64,000 bases of DNA from a virus (Duplodnaviria; Caudoviricetes): positions 1 to 64,000 of the IMG/VR virus record IMGVR_UViG_3300032038_006680; one strand, given 5' to 3'. Position numbers and translations under genes: made by a program. The notes beneath the pieces are model-generated. The model saw only the letters and a program-made list of their open reading frames with translations, did no database searches and was not told the DNA's origin. Positions 63,468 to 64,000 of this stretch are shown piece after piece. The first letter of the stretch is position 1. Each line of letters starts with the position of its first letter.

Positions 63468-63917
63468 TCATTCTGTCTCCTTCAGGAATTGTTTTGCTTC
63501 TGCACAGATATTTTCATAAAGTAACATATTAACACTATGCCCAACGGCACAAGGTTTATTCTTTAATTCTATAAATCTTAATAACAAATCTTTCGCTTTG
63601 GTGAGTTGTTGCTTTTTTGCTTTCGACTGTTTTTCAAGTTCTGGTGTGAGCAAGTTAATAGCATTAAGCCTTGCTTTCAGCCCTTCACATTGCTTTGCAT
63701 AATATTTATCATCCCTCCCATTGATAATCGAAATCGCCTTGCTATAGAGATGTTCGGGAATTATGTTTTCCTTTTTATAAATTTTTGATTCACATATCAA
63801 AATTTCGATTTCATTTAATTTGCTCTGCTTAGAAAAAGCTTTTTTCTTAAATTCTTCAGTATAAATATTAAACACGGTTTCCTCATTGCCGTTTTTATCG
63901 ATAAAATTGATATACAT
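63468..63917 (-). CDS. Modular hypothetical protein
   Basis: AGGGG RBS; QLTKAKDLL...EAKQFLKE C-module. Confidence 0.55.
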   Translation of the reverse strand: MYINFIDKNGNEETVFNIYTEEFKKKAFSKQSKLNEIEILICESKIYKKENIIPEHLYSKAISIINGRDDKYYAKQCEGLKARLNAINLLTPELEKQSKAKKQQLTKAKDLLLRFIELKNKPCAVGHSVNMLLYENICAEAKQFLKETE

Positions 63918-64000
63918 TTTTTTTCAACCCCTTTTATCTAAAAAATATCGTAATCCTGTTTTTCGTCAGTTAAAGCTAAATCAGCAAGCGATTCAGTTGT

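Noticed and set aside
1-64000. CRISPR array or diversity-generating retroelement
   Set aside because: No regularly spaced repeat-spacer run, no reverse transcriptase, and no adenine-specific TR/VR pair seen

Overview
This window holds about 64 kb of a temperate siphovirus-type phage, most likely infecting a diderm host. A spirochaete such as Treponema is my inference from the lipoproteins, spanin pair and DUF261-like protein; it is not proven. Left to right: a displaced tail-fibre/glycosyltransferase/radical-SAM block (1-3.6 kb); scaffold, P22-type capsid, neck, tail tube, chaperones, tape measure (TMP), a second radical SAM and the tail tip (3.8-27 kb); a lipoprotein moron and a decayed HTH/Gln-rich/ferritin-like cassette (27-29 kb); a lysis cluster with no recognisable classical endolysin (29-32 kb); an Fn3-associated repeat protein; an HNH / PAPS-reductase-like / methylase block (32-38.5 kb); and a long leftward early region containing RtcB, a single-chain SbcD-SbcC, a TnpB element, ThyX, a second methylase, tRNAs, a repressor, SSB, dUTPase, Xis, attP (3' half of tRNA-Gly) and a tyrosine integrase. 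Terminase, portal and replication initiator are not in the window. Strongest non-obvious signals: (1) a 98-nt tRNA-Leu-like RNA with a greatly extended anticodon arm, a tRNA-Ser with a non-canonical T-loop, and a phage RtcB ligase; (2) an HNH gene that has captured the first ~20 codons of its neighbour, which carries a recoded duplicate start; (3) an 8-copy promoter family TTA(AG/GC)(C/G)-N17-TAnnnT, four copies predicting leaderless mRNAs; (4) a TnpB + ribbon-helix-helix IS200/IS605 element lacking TnpA, plus two 46-47 bp fused-end mini-elements with the same TTTAT target; (5) two paralogous radical SAM genes and a glycosyltransferase embedded among virion genes. All assignments come from motif reading by eye; no searches were run.
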